Source: Acidobacteriota bacterium
Lineage (GTDB): Bacteria > Acidobacteriota > UBA890 > WLXD01
Direction: 5' to 3'
Length of the DNA: 64,000 bases
Assembly: GCA_965205505.1 (NCBI GenBank)
Contig: CBDBHB010000006.1
Coordinates: forward strand, 64,001 to 128,000
Shown: one piece after another, positions 20,419 through 30,537 of the stretch
Numbering within the stretch: the first letter of the stretch is position 1
How the letters are laid out: each line of letters begins with the position of its first letter
Notes under the pieces: generated by a model
Databases searched by the model: none
What the model saw: the letters and a program-made list of their open reading frames with translations, nothing else
Told to the model about the DNA's origin: nothing
Made by a program: the position numbers and the translations under genes

Positions 20419-22386
20419 CTATTGGTGCGGGTTGCGAAGCACGATGCGGGCCGGTGCCTCGCCGGCGCGAATCTCGTTGAGGGCCACGACGAGCTCTTCG
20501 GCCGAGATCGGCCGGCCGTTGTATTTCACGATCAAGTGATCTGGCTTGATTCCGGTGTGCTGGCGCAGCAGTTGGCTGAACTGACCGGAGAAGTTCGACT
20601 CCACGATGACCAACGGGGCAGCGCTCTCGAGCAGCTCGATGAACTCGTCGGCGGGGAAGGGCAGCATCAAGCGCGCCTGGAGGAAGCGTGCTGCGGCGTC
20701 CTCCTCCTCGAGAAGATCGAGCGTCTCCAAGATGGCTCCCTTGTTGGAGCCCCAGCTGAGAATCGTGAAGTCGGCCTGGCGATCACCGTAGACCTTGATC
20801 TTCTCGTCAAGAGAGATCTCGCTCGCCGCCAGCTCCATCTTTCGGGCTCGCTTCTCGATCTGTTGCTCCCGTATGACCGGATCCTCGGTGACGCGGCCTT
20901 GTGGAGTGTGCTCGCCACCGGTCATCCAGTGTGCGTTACCAGGCTGACCGAGCAGCGTACGCGGTGAGACACCCGACTCCGTGACCTCGAAGCGCGGGAA
21001 GGCGGTGCCATCGCTCTCACCGCGGGGAGCAGCGATGTTGCCACGGTCGACAGTGACCTGATCGAGATCGAAGTAGGGCAGCGTGCGCGACGAGCTAGAC
21101 AACGCCTTGTCGACGATATGCACGACGACTGTCTGATAGCGGTCGGCGTAGTTGAAGCACTCGGCGGCGTCGTAGAACGCTTCGACGATGTCGCCCGAGG
21201 CCACGACCATGAGTGGGAAATCGCCGTGCGCCCCGGCGGTCGCAATGCGCAGGTCGCCCTGCTCATTGCGCGTCGGCATGCCGGTGGAAGGCCCGCCGCG
21301 TTGCCAGAGCGTAATTACCAGCGGCACCTCGTTAATGCACGCCCAGCCCAGGCCCTCACACATGAGCGCGAAGCCTGGCCCCGACGTCGCAGTCGACGAG
21401 CGAGCGCCGGTAAGCGCCGCACCCGCTGCCATGGTGATCGCCGAGATCTCGTCCTCGGTCTGTACCACCAACACGTTCGTGGCGCTGCCGTCGCGCGTGC
21501 CGAACTCCTCGTGCGCCTCCAGGAACGTGCTTTCGTCAGTTGCCGGCGAAATCGGATAGTAGCTCTGTACGGCGACGCCACCGGCGAGCTTGCCGAGCGC
21601 AACCGCCTGGTTGCCGTTGATGAGCATGCGCTTCTCGGTGGTCTCGGCGGGATTTAGATCGATCGAGAAGTCGCTCCGGTCGAACTGTCCGTCGACGTAG
21701 TTGTATGTCAGCTCGACTGCCTCGACGTTCAGGTCGATGATTTTCTGACGGCCCGGCCAGGTGCGCTCCAGAGCTTTCTTGACGAAATCGCGCCGGAAAT
21801 CGAGCAGCGCTGTCGAGACCGCCACCGCCAGGGTATTTCTGGTACGCGCCGCGACCGCTTGTGGCACCTCTAGCAGCTCGGCCAGCTGGATCACGATATC
21901 GTCGTAGTTGACCTCGAAGCACTGTACGGCACGATTGCGCGCGTCTTCGAGCAGGCCGGCGGTGGTGGCGGGAAGCTCGCGCTCTTCCAGGTAGGTGGTC
22001 AGGTCGTCGGTCAGTCGCCCATCGAGAAACGTGATGCTGGTGAGCGCGACGTCGGCATCGGCGGCCGTGTAGACCAGGCCTCCGCCCTCTCGAACGGCGA
22101 GAATATGTCGGACTAGCGTTTCGGCTTCGAACGTGGTCAGCAGGTCGACGGTGTCGCGATGCGCTGTGCGGGGGATCTCCGAGACGCGGACGTCATAGTA
22201 GCTATGTCGCCCCATGATGTTGGAGTAATACTCCCGTCGACCGAATAAATGCAGGCCGGCTATACCACAAGCGCGCTGGAAAATGAGCGCCGCGGTGTCG
22301 ACGCCGCTGCCCTGAGCACCTCCGACGCGCCAGGCAAGGTCCTGGCTCGTCCGAGTACCGTTTCCGGTATTGCTGTTGGGGGCCAC
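20419..22386 (-). CDS. 2-oxoacid:ferredoxin oxidoreductase alpha subunit
   Basis: GGAQGSGV, YYPISPA, EDEI, TATSGPG, QRGGPSTGMPT. Confidence 0.95.
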   Translation of the reverse strand: MAPNSNTGNGTRTSQDLAWRVGGAQGSGVDTAALIFQRACGIAGLHLFGRREYYSNIMGRHSYYDVRVSEIPRTAHRDTVDLLTTFEAETLVRHILAVREGGGLVYTAADADVALTSITFLDGRLTDDLTTYLEERELPATTAGLLEDARNRAVQCFEVNYDDIVIQLAELLEVPQAVAARTRNTLAVAVSTALLDFRRDFVKKALERTWPGRQKIIDLNVEAVELTYNYVDGQFDRSDFSIDLNPAETTEKRMLINGNQAVALGKLAGGVAVQSYYPISPATDESTFLEAHEEFGTRDGSATNVLVVQTEDEISAITMAAGAALTGARSSTATSGPGFALMCEGLGWACINEVPLVITLWQRGGPSTGMPTRNEQGDLRIATAGAHGDFPLMVVASGDIVEAFYDAAECFNYADRYQTVVVHIVDKALSSSSRTLPYFDLDQVTVDRGNIAAPRGESDGTAFPRFEVTESGVSPRTLLGQPGNAHWMTGGEHTPQGRVTEDPVIREQQIEKRARKMELAASEISLDEKIKVYGDRQADFTILSWGSNKGAILETLDLLEEEDAAARFLQARLMLPFPADEFIELLESAAPLVIVESNFSGQFSQLLRQHTGIKPDHLIVKYNGRPISAEELVVALNEIRAGEAPARIVLRNPHQ

Positions 22387-22681
22387 TGGGTGTCTTTCTC
22401 CGAGATTACCTGGAGGACTCTCTAGGTGAGGCGCATCACGAGCGCAAGCAAATCTGTGGAGGTACGGGTGATCGCCCGCTCGCTGATCAGCGGGCTTGGC
22501 GAGAATCGATCTGTGCCGCTACTCCTGCGCTGATGCGCGCCTCGACCGAGCAGTGGAAGTGACGTAAGCATAACCTGTGATCCAAGCGCGAGTGACCGCA
22601 TGAGCAGACTTGCGCGGGCAGTGTTCGTAGCGCCGATCACTCGGCGCGCGAATCTTTCTGCTCAGCCGGTGGCCGCTGCTA

Positions 22682-22711
22682 TTGACCGTGGCTCTCGGGC
22701 CTTGCTAACGT
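22682..22711 (+). promoter_or_regulatory. Putative sigma-70 promoter of the ilv leader
   Basis: TTGACC-18 nt-TAACGT with extended -10 TG. Confidence 0.45.
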
Positions 22712-22741
22712 CCGTCTTCTGAGCGATACGAGAGGTGAGAG

Positions 22742-22927
22742 TTGACAGGTCACAGAAGCGAATCTGACGCGCGACGACCCTCGCCAGGGCCGCATGGGGT
22801 GCGTGCGCTGCTGGCTTGGTCGTCTCTCGGACTTTCCTCGAGGCTGCCGAGCAGCCTTCTTCTTACCGGCCCCATCGGCAACCTCGGCGTCGTCGCGATT
22901 CCGGGGAATGCGGGGGCCGCCGACTAG
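22742..22927 (+). CDS. Putative ilv operon leader peptide
   Basis: SD GAGGTG then TTG; Leu/Val/Ile-rich second half (LLL..I..L.VV.I); ends just before the terminator. Confidence 0.6.
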   Translation: MTGHRSESDARRPSPGPHGVRALLAWSSLGLSSRLPSSLLLTGPIGNLGVVAIPGNAGAAD

Positions 22928-22952
22928 ACGCCGAAGACACCGAGGTGAATCG

Positions 22953-22982
22953 CGGCTCCCGCAGGGCGCGGGGGCCTTTTTT
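22953..22982 (+). terminator. Attenuator terminator upstream of ilvB
   Basis: GGCTCCCGC/GCGGGGGCC stem followed by T6; alternative partner GCGGGGGCCG at 22910-22919 in the leader. Confidence 0.8.
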
Positions 22983-23206
22983 GTAGCTAGTGTCCTGCAA
23001 CGAACCGCGTTACATGACACTGATTCGAGTCCGTGCTGTTGGCGGACCTGGAGACCGGGTCCGATGAGATCCGATCGCATCAAGCAGAGGTTCGAGGGGG
23101 CTCCGCACCGAGCTCTCTTGAAGGCTACCGGTGGCTGCGACGCTACTCGAGCATGGTCAGCAGGGCCCGCGATGTCGCTGTGTTCCTCGAATAGGAGGGT
23201 CGTCCG

Positions 23207-24907
23207 ATGAAGCTCACCGGCGCCGAGATCGTATGGGAGTGTCTCGCCCGCGAGGGCGTCGACATCGTGTTTGGCTATCCGGGCGGCGCCATCCTGCCGA
23301 CCTACGACGCGCACAGCAAGTATCCGCAGGTTCACCATGTGCTCACACGCCATGAGCAGGGCGCCGCGCACATGGCCGACGGCTACGCCCGCGCCAGCGG
23401 CAAGGTGGGGGTGGCGATTGCCACCAGCGGACCTGGCGCTACCAACCTGGTGACGGGCGTTGCCACCGCGATGATGGACTCGTCGCCGGTGGTGTTCATT
23501 ACCGGTCAGGTTCCGCAGCACTTGATGGGCACGGATGGCTTCCAGGAGACCGACATCATCGGCATCACCCTGCCGATTACCAAGCACAGCGTCCTGGTGC
23601 GCAGCGCGGCGGACCTCGGCCCGGCGATCCACGAAGCGTTCCATGTCGCCCGCAGTGGCCGGCCGGGGCCGGTATTGGTCGATATTCCCAAGGACGTACA
23701 GCTGGAGACCGCCGAGCTGGGGCCTCGGCCCGTTCACGCCGACGAACGGGCGGCAATTCCCAGCGAGGAGCTCGAGCGCGCCCATGAGCTACTGCGCGCC
23801 AGCGAGCGCCCGGTCATCCTGGCTGGCCACGGGGTCATCATTTCGCGAGCCCATGACGAGCTCGTGGCGTTCGCCGAGACGTTGCACATTCCGGTGACCC
23901 AGACCCTCCTCGGGAAGGGCGGTTTTCCGCAGGCGCATGCGCTGTCGCTCGGCATGATGGGGATGCACGGAGAGGCTGCGGCCAACAATGCCATCCAGGA
24001 TGCCGATCTGTTGCTAGCGCTCGGCATGCGGTTCGACGACCGTGTCACCGGGAAGCTGGCGGAGTATTCGCCCCACTCCAAGAAGATTCACATCGACATC
24101 GACGCGGCTGAGATCAACAAGCTGGTCCATGTGGAGGTTGGCACCGTCGCCGACGTGGGTGACTGGATCCGGGCGATGGCAGCGGGGCTCGAGCCTGCTG
24201 ATCATCAGCGCTGGATCGACAAGATCCGCACATGGCAGAGTGCCGATGCCGATCGCGACATCCTCACGCACCCGCCTGACCCGGACAGCTTCCTGGCAGC
24301 GCACGCCATCCACGAGCTGTGGCGTAGCACCGGCGGCGAGGCGATTTCGGTTACTGACGTGGGTCAGCATCAGATGTGGGAAGCGCAGTACTACCCGCAC
24401 GATCGTCCCGGGACGCTGATCACCAGCGGTGGTATGGGAACGATGGGCTTTGCGCTACCGGCAGCAATCGGTGCGAAGATGGCGCGCCCCGAGGAAGACG
24501 TGTGGGCGATCGTCGGCGACGGCGGCTTCCAGATGACCATGCCGGAGCTCGCAACCGCCGTTCAGGAGGGCGTCGAGGTCAAGATCGCCATCATCAACAA
24601 TGGCTACCTGGGCATGGTTCGTCAGTGGCAGGAGTTGTTCCACGAGCGACGCTACAATGCCACCCCGATGTTCCATCCGGACTTCCGCCGTTTGGCCGGT
24701 GCTTTCGGCATTCCGGCGTGTCGCGTTACCGAGAGAGACGAAGTCGATGTGGCAGTGCGCCAGGCGCGGGAGCACCGGGGTACGCCGTTCTTGATCGAGT
24801 TCGTCGTGGAACAGCAGGACGTGGTTTATCCGATGGTGGCGGCGGGAGCGGCGCTCAACAGCATGATCCGGCGGGAACCCAAGCCCATGCAGAAGGTCGA
24901 GTCGTAG
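23207..24907 (+). CDS. ilvB: Acetolactate synthase large subunit
   Basis: FGYPGGAILP, RHEQ, TSGPGATN, MGMHG, DVGQHQMW, GDGGFQM, NNGYLGMVRQWQ. Confidence 0.97.
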   Translation: MKLTGAEIVWECLAREGVDIVFGYPGGAILPTYDAHSKYPQVHHVLTRHEQGAAHMADGYARASGKVGVAIATSGPGATNLVTGVATAMMDSSPVVFITGQVPQHLMGTDGFQETDIIGITLPITKHSVLVRSAADLGPAIHEAFHVARSGRPGPVLVDIPKDVQLETAELGPRPVHADERAAIPSEELERAHELLRASERPVILAGHGVIISRAHDELVAFAETLHIPVTQTLLGKGGFPQAHALSLGMMGMHGEAAANNAIQDADLLLALGMRFDDRVTGKLAEYSPHSKKIHIDIDAAEINKLVHVEVGTVADVGDWIRAMAAGLEPADHQRWIDKIRTWQSADADRDILTHPPDPDSFLAAHAIHELWRSTGGEAISVTDVGQHQMWEAQYYPHDRPGTLITSGGMGTMGFALPAAIGAKMARPEEDVWAIVGDGGFQMTMPELATAVQEGVEVKIAIINNGYLGMVRQWQELFHERRYNATPMFHPDFRRLAGAFGIPACRVTERDEVDVAVRQAREHRGTPFLIEFVVEQQDVVYPMVAAGAALNSMIRREPKPMQKVES

Positions 24908-25438
24908 GTGGACACCGAGTCGTTGGAACAGCAGACACTGGTTGTCCTGATGCGTTCCAGTCAGGACAGCGTCGCGCGCGTCACCGGGTTGCTGCGCAGC
25001 CGCCAGGTGCAGCTGGAGACCATCAGCGTGTCGCGTACTGCCGACGACGGCAAACTACAGTTGACGCTGATGATACGCGGCGACGCGGACGATGCGCTCA
25101 GGGTCACCAAGCAGATTGCCCGGTTGATCTCCGTACAGCATGTCGAGAACATAGTGCCCCGACCGCACGTTGCTCGTGCGCTGGCGCTGATCAAGGTGGC
25201 AGGGGCAGGCGATAATCTTCCGCGTATCAACGAGGTTTGTCGCGAATACCGAGCCCATGTCATCGATGATTCGCCGGGGGCGTTGATCATCGAGATGAGC
25301 GGAGAAGCCGACGAGATCGACAGCCTGACAAGCAAGCTCGAGCCGCTCGGGATTCTCGAGATGGTCCGACACGGCGCCATTGCCCTGGGCAAGGGCGAAC
25401 GAACGTTGCAGCGAGCGATACAGGACAAGCCCATCTGA
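24908..25438 (+). CDS. ilvN: Acetolactate synthase small regulatory subunit
   Basis: ACT fold, KQIARLISV, GILEMVRHGAIAL; position between ilvB and ilvC. Confidence 0.9.
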   Translation: MDTESLEQQTLVVLMRSSQDSVARVTGLLRSRQVQLETISVSRTADDGKLQLTLMIRGDADDALRVTKQIARLISVQHVENIVPRPHVARALALIKVAGAGDNLPRINEVCREYRAHVIDDSPGALIIEMSGEADEIDSLTSKLEPLGILEMVRHGAIALGKGERTLQRAIQDKPI

Positions 25439-25456
25439 AGGTGGCGAGGAGCGACC

Positions 25457-26518
25457 ATGGCACGCATCTACTACGACAAAAACGCCGATACCGCCAACAT
25501 CATCAACAGCACGGTGGCGATCATCGGCTACGGCAGCCAGGGGCACGCGCATGCCCTCAACCTTCACGACTCCGGCGTGCGGGTCATTGTCGGCCTACGG
25601 CCGGGTAGCCCCAGCCGAGAGGAGGCGACCGCCGCCGGCCTCACGGTGGCGAGCATCGAAGACGCCGCCGAGCAGGCCAATGTGGTGATGATCCTGGCGC
25701 CGGACACGTGTCAGGCGGACGTCTATAGCAACCAGATCGCACCGTTCATGAAGCCTGGCGACACCCTCATGTTCGCGCACGGCTTCAACATTCGTTACGG
25801 CCTCATCGACCCCGACGAGGGAATCGACGTATCGATGGTGGCGCCGAAGTCTCCGGGGCATCGAGTGCGCGAGCTGTTCCAGGAAGGAGCCGGCACACCG
25901 GGCCTGGTGGCAGTCGAGCGCGATCCCAGCGGCCGCGCCATGCAGAACGCCCTCGCCTACGCGGCCGGGATCGGTTGCGCCCGTGCCGGGGTGGTGGAGA
26001 CTACGTTCACCGAGGAGACCGAGACCGATCTCTTCGGTGAGCAGGCGGTGCTGTGCGGGGGCATGTCGGCCCTGGTCCGCGCCGGGTTCGAGACCCTTGT
26101 CGAGGCCGGCTACCAGCCCGAGATCGCCTACTTCGAATGCATGCACGAGCTCAAGCTCATCGTCGACCTGATGTACCAGGGCGGGTTGTCCTACATGTGG
26201 CACAGCGTCTCGGATACCGCCGAGCACGGCGGCTACCAAGGTGGCTCGCGCCTGGTCACCGAGGAGACGCGCGCGGAGATGCGGCGGATACTCGCGGACG
26301 TGCGTGACGGCACGTACGCGCGAGGCTGGGTCGAGGAGAACCGCACCGGTCTGGCGGAGTTCAACGCCCGTCGCGCCCGCGAGCATCAACATCCGATCGA
26401 GGAGGTCGGTGCTCGCCTGCGCCGCCGGATCCCCTTCCTCGAGGCCAAAGAAGTCGACGGCGGCGAATCGAGCAAGACGGCTGAGATCAGCGAGCCGGTG
26501 GCCGCCGGCAAGGAGTGA
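25457..26518 (+). CDS. ilvC: Ketol-acid reductoisomerase
   Basis: [45 protein letters not shown]. Confidence 0.97.
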   Translation: MARIYYDKNADTANIINSTVAIIGYGSQGHAHALNLHDSGVRVIVGLRPGSPSREEATAAGLTVASIEDAAEQANVVMILAPDTCQADVYSNQIAPFMKPGDTLMFAHGFNIRYGLIDPDEGIDVSMVAPKSPGHRVRELFQEGAGTPGLVAVERDPSGRAMQNALAYAAGIGCARAGVVETTFTEETETDLFGEQAVLCGGMSALVRAGFETLVEAGYQPEIAYFECMHELKLIVDLMYQGGLSYMWHSVSDTAEHGGYQGGSRLVTEETRAEMRRILADVRDGTYARGWVEENRTGLAEFNARRAREHQHPIEEVGARLRRRIPFLEAKEVDGGESSKTAEISEPVAAGKE

Positions 26519-26522
26519 CGTG

Positions 26523-27077
26523 ATGTTTGGCTTCCTCGGTTTTCTGGGGCTGTTGGCCGCTGTCGGCGCCTGGCTGGTCGGCGTCTACAACCGGTTGGTG
26601 CGGCTGAAAGTGCGCTGCCAGGACGCCTGGGCGGCGATCGATGTGCAGCTCAAGCGCCGCTACGACCTGATCCCCAACCTGATCGAGACGGTCAAGGGCT
26701 ACGCCAGCCACGAGCGTGAGACCTTCGAAGCCGTAGTCAAAGCTCGGCAGGCGGGAATGGACGCTGGCACCGTGCAAGAGCAGGCGCAGGCCGAGAACAT
26801 GATCAGCGGCGCGCTGCGAAAGCTGTTCGCGCTGTCGGAGGCCTACCCTGAGCTGAAAGCGAACCAGAACTTCGGTCAGCTGCAGGAAGAACTGTCGTCG
26901 ACCGAAAACAAGATCGCCTTCGCGCGCCAGCACTACAACGACAGCGTACGCCAGTACAACACGCGCATCGAGAGCTTCCCCGACAACTTCTTCGCGGGGA
27001 CGTTCGGTTTCCCACAACGCGACTTCTTCGAACTCGAGGAAGCGGAGCAGCGGGAGGCTCCGCAAGTCAAGTTCTGA
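26523..27077 (+). CDS. lemA: LemA family protein
   Basis: N-terminal TM, YNRLV, IDVQLKRRYDLIPNL, EAYPELKAN. Confidence 0.95.
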   Translation: MFGFLGFLGLLAAVGAWLVGVYNRLVRLKVRCQDAWAAIDVQLKRRYDLIPNLIETVKGYASHERETFEAVVKARQAGMDAGTVQEQAQAENMISGALRKLFALSEAYPELKANQNFGQLQEELSSTENKIAFARQHYNDSVRQYNTRIESFPDNFFAGTFGFPQRDFFELEEAEQREAPQVKF

Positions 27078-27105
27078 AGGCGGCTGAGTCAGGGGGCGGG
27101 CGGGG

Positions 27106-28032
27106 GTGACTTACCACGATCTGATCGCCCGGAACCGTCGCAACAGCGCGCTGCTGGTGATCGTGTTCGTGCTCTTCATCGGTCTGCTGGTGGGGGTTCT
27201 GGGCGCCGGTCTGGTCGACGCGGGTGGGAGCGAGGCGCTGGCGCTCGCCGCCGTTGCCAGCGGCGGCGCGGTGTTGGTGGCGACCTGGAGCTACTACGGC
27301 GGCGGTGCCGCGATTCTGGGAATGAGCGGCGCTCGCAAGGTCAGCCGCGACGAGGATTCGCAGCTCCACAACGTAGTCGACGAGCTCGCGATTGCCGCCG
27401 GAGTGCCGGTGCCGGCGGTCTATCTCATCGACGACTCGGCGCTAAATGCCTTCGCCACGGGGCGCGACCCGGAGCACGCGGCGGTGGCAATTACCACCGG
27501 GCTACGGCAGCGTCTGTCGCGCGACGAGTTACAGGCCGTGCTCGCGCACGAGCTATCTCACGTTCGTCATTTCGACATCCGCTTGGCAATGCTCTTGGCC
27601 ACTCTCGTCGGGACGGTCGTGCTGATCACCGATTTTTCGTGGCGCAGCATGCGCTATCGCGGTGTGTCCAGGAGCTCCTGCGGCGGCGGCTCGCGCGATG
27701 GCGGCGGCGGGGCGGTGTTGCTCATCCTGGCGATCCTACTGTCGCTGGCCGCACCGATGCTGGCGAGGCTCATTCAGCTGGGGGCATCGCGTGAGCGCGA
27801 ATACCTCGCCGATGCCGGCGCGGTCGAGCTGACGCGTAATCCCGATGCCATGATCGCCGCCCTACGCAAGCTCGGAGGTGACCGCGAGGTGCTCGAGGTG
27901 GCCAATCGAGCCACCGCACACCTGTATATTGTGCAGCCCATCAAGCGCTGGGAAAAACGGGCCAAGGGACTGTTTTCGACCCACCCACCGATCGAGGATC
28001 GAGTTCGCCGAATCGAGCAACTCGTAGTCTGA
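27106..28032 (+). CDS. htpX: M48 family (HtpX-like) zinc metalloprotease
   Basis: NAFATG, AHELSH, REREYLADA, FSTHPP; follows lemA. Confidence 0.9.
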   Translation: MTYHDLIARNRRNSALLVIVFVLFIGLLVGVLGAGLVDAGGSEALALAAVASGGAVLVATWSYYGGGAAILGMSGARKVSRDEDSQLHNVVDELAIAAGVPVPAVYLIDDSALNAFATGRDPEHAAVAITTGLRQRLSRDELQAVLAHELSHVRHFDIRLAMLLATLVGTVVLITDFSWRSMRYRGVSRSSCGGGSRDGGGGAVLLILAILLSLAAPMLARLIQLGASREREYLADAGAVELTRNPDAMIAALRKLGGDREVLEVANRATAHLYIVQPIKRWEKRAKGLFSTHPPIEDRVRRIEQLVV

Positions 28033-28083
28033 GTCGGGGCGTGGCTCCGGTGCCGTTGCGAGTCCGCGGGGTAGTGAACAGGC

Positions 28084-28740
28084 ATGAGCAGTAAGGCGCA
28101 GAAGCGGCAAGTCGCCGAGGCCGCGCTGGAGTTCGTTCGGCCTGGCGAGGTGCTTGGCGTCGGCAGCGGTTCGACCGTCAACTATTTCATTGCCGCGCTG
28201 TCTGCGGTCGCCGATCAGGTGCCGGCGGCGGTCTCCGCGTCGCAGGCGAGCTCGGAGCGGCTGCGGGCAATCGACGTCAAGGTGGTCGACTTCAACCAGG
28301 TAGAGCGTCTCGCGGTCTACGTCGACGGTGCCGATGAGTTCGATCCCGGTCTGTCGCTGATCAAGGGAGGTGGCGCGGCGCTGACCGCCGAGAAGATCCT
28401 TGCTTCGGTGGCGGAGATTTTTGTTTGCATCGTCGACGGAACCAAGCGCGTCAATGTGCTCGGCGAGTTCCCCGTTCCGCTCGAGGTGATTCCGATGGCC
28501 GTCGAGGCGGTATGTCGGCGGGTTCGTGAGCTCGGCGGTGACCCGTTGCCGCGGCCTGCGACGATCACCGATCATGGCAACCCGATTGTCGACGTTCGCG
28601 GGCTGCGCGTCACCGACCCGTTGGCGCTCGAGCTCGAGCTCGAGACAATTCCCGGAGTTGTTACTTGCGGCGTCTTCGCTCGGCGCGGAGCCGACATCGT
28701 GCTGATGGCATCCGCTCAGGGCTTGCAGCGGTTCGGCTAG
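28084..28740 (+). CDS. rpiA: Ribose-5-phosphate isomerase A
   Basis: GVGSGST, DGADE, IKGGGAAL..EK. Confidence 0.96.
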   Translation: MSSKAQKRQVAEAALEFVRPGEVLGVGSGSTVNYFIAALSAVADQVPAAVSASQASSERLRAIDVKVVDFNQVERLAVYVDGADEFDPGLSLIKGGGAALTAEKILASVAEIFVCIVDGTKRVNVLGEFPVPLEVIPMAVEAVCRRVRELGGDPLPRPATITDHGNPIVDVRGLRVTDPLALELELETIPGVVTCGVFARRGADIVLMASAQGLQRFG

Positions 28741-28784
28741 CAGGCCGTGGTGAAAGTGTGGTGGCTCTGGGCCCGGCCTGCTAG
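28737..28784. repeat. REP-like palindromic repeat with CTAGCAGGCCG ends
   Basis: CTAGCAGGCCG...CGGCCTGCTAG 11-bp inverted repeat; related copies elsewhere in the window. Confidence 0.75.
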
Positions 28785-28818
28785 AGGGATCGTCCTCTCG
28801 ACTCGCTAGCTGCGAAGC

Positions 28819-29376
28819 TCAAGTCGCAAGCTCCGCGGTGGCGGCTCGCAAGTATGCCTCGGTAGCGGACGGTCCGAAAAGCACCATCCTCACGACCTTG
28901 AGGCCGGAGTCTGGCAGTGCTTCGGCGAGCGTGCGCAGGGCGATCGGAGCGGCAAGCTCCAGTGGAAACCGGTACGCTCCGGTCGATAAGGAAGGGACCG
29001 CGATACTGTCGATTCCGAGCTCCGTCGCTCGCGCTATGCAGGCGCGGTAGGCGGCGGCGAGCAGTGCCGGTTCATCGTGTCTGCCGTCCTCCCAGATCGG
29101 ACCGACGGCGTGGATTACGTAACGCGCCGGTAGGTCGCCCGCGCCAGTTGCCACGGCGGTACCGGTGGGACAGCCGTCGATCTCGCGGCATTCGGCCATG
29201 ATCGACGGGCCCCCGGCGCGGTGGATCGCCCCGTCCACGCCGCCGCCGCCTCGCAGGCCGCTGTTGGCAGCGTTGACGATGGCGTCGACGCGTTGCTGCG
29301 TGATATCGCCTTCGACCAGTTCGAGTCGTGCCTCACCGACCAGGTAAGATTGCGCCGCTTCCGAATGTTCCTGCAT
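28819..29376 (-). CDS. Macrodomain O-acetyl-ADP-ribose deacetylase (YmdB-like)
   Basis: GDIT, AIVNAAN..L.GGGGVDGAIH, VIHAVGP, STGAY. Confidence 0.93.
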   Translation of the reverse strand: MQEHSEAAQSYLVGEARLELVEGDITQQRVDAIVNAANSGLRGGGGVDGAIHRAGGPSIMAECREIDGCPTGTAVATGAGDLPARYVIHAVGPIWEDGRHDEPALLAAAYRACIARATELGIDSIAVPSLSTGAYRFPLELAAPIALRTLAEALPDSGLKVVRMVLFGPSATEAYLRAATAELAT

Positions 29377-29394
29377 CTGTTCTCCGGAGTTGCC

Positions 29395-30531
29395 ATGAAT
29401 CCTAGCCCACCCGCCACGGCGCGCCGCGCCGCGCGTGTCTTGTGCATCGCCGGCGTGTGGGGTCTGGGTTTGGTTGGCCCCACCGCGAGGCTCGGTGTGC
29501 CGCCAGAGCCCGCCGTGCACGCCGCGCCGCAGCGGGCTGCGCCCCGCGCTCATGTCCGGGTCGTCGCCACCGGGGGAACGATCGCCGGCCGGGGCGATCC
29601 CGGGAACGTCGCAGGGCACCGGTCCGGGGCGATCCCGATCGAGGAGCTGCTGGCCGCGGTCCCTGGATTAGACGCGGTTGCCGACGTCAGCTCCGAGCAG
29701 TTCAGCAACGTTGGCTCCACCTCGCTCGCGCCGGCCGACTGGCTGGCGCTAGCACAGCGACTCAACGCCATCTTGCTGGGCGGTGCCGACAATCGCGAGG
29801 TCGACGGCGTGGTGGTGACGCACGGGACAGACGCCCTCGAGGAGACGGCATACTTTCTCAACCTCACCGTTCGGACCCCCAAGCCGATCGTGCTCGTGGG
29901 GGCCATGCGCCCCGCGACCGCGACCTCGGCCGACGGTCCACTGAACCTGCTGAACGCCGTACAGGTGGCGGCGTACCCGGATTCTCGTGGTCGCGGTGTG
30001 CTCGTAGTGCTCAATCAAGAGATCAACGCGGCGCGCGATGCTACCAAGACGCATGCCAACCGCGTGCAGACATTTCAGTCGCGAAGCTGGGGTGCGATCG
30101 GCACCGTCGAGCCCGACGGACCGATCTTTCACCGTCGGGTCGAACGCCGGCACACCTTCCGGAGCGAGTTCGACGTGTCCGACAAGACCACCGACGATTT
30201 GCCACGTATTGATATCTCGTACACGTACAACGGTGCCGACGGCACCGATATCCGGGCGTTCGCGGCGGCCGGCTCTCGCGCTATCGTGCTGGCCGGCTCC
30301 GGCGCCGGGTCAACGACCCCAGGTCAGCAACAGGCGGCCTGCGAGGTGGCCGAGGCCGGCACCTTCATCGTCCGCTCCAGCCACACGGGCGCGGGCTGGG
30401 TCGGGCCCGGTGGCTGCGGCACGCTCGCGGGCCACGACCTGCTACCCCAGAAGGCCCGTGTTCTGTTGATGGTGGCGCTGATGCACACCGAAGACGCGGA
30501 CGAGCTGCGGCGAATCTTCGGCGAGTACTGA
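29395..30531 (+). CDS. L-asparaginase (type II-like, exported)
   Basis: ATGGTIAG, HGTDALEETA, GAMRP...SADGP. Confidence 0.92.
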   Translation: MNPSPPATARRAARVLCIAGVWGLGLVGPTARLGVPPEPAVHAAPQRAAPRAHVRVVATGGTIAGRGDPGNVAGHRSGAIPIEELLAAVPGLDAVADVSSEQFSNVGSTSLAPADWLALAQRLNAILLGGADNREVDGVVVTHGTDALEETAYFLNLTVRTPKPIVLVGAMRPATATSADGPLNLLNAVQVAAYPDSRGRGVLVVLNQEINAARDATKTHANRVQTFQSRSWGAIGTVEPDGPIFHRRVERRHTFRSEFDVSDKTTDDLPRIDISYTYNGADGTDIRAFAAAGSRAIVLAGSGAGSTTPGQQQAACEVAEAGTFIVRSSHTGAGWVGPGGCGTLAGHDLLPQKARVLLMVALMHTEDADELRRIFGEY

Positions 30532-30537
30532 CGGCGA

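Noticed and set aside
22428-22543. Possible structured leader upstream of the oxidoreductase alpha gene
   Set aside because: Only 7-8-bp GC-rich stems, expected by chance at this GC content
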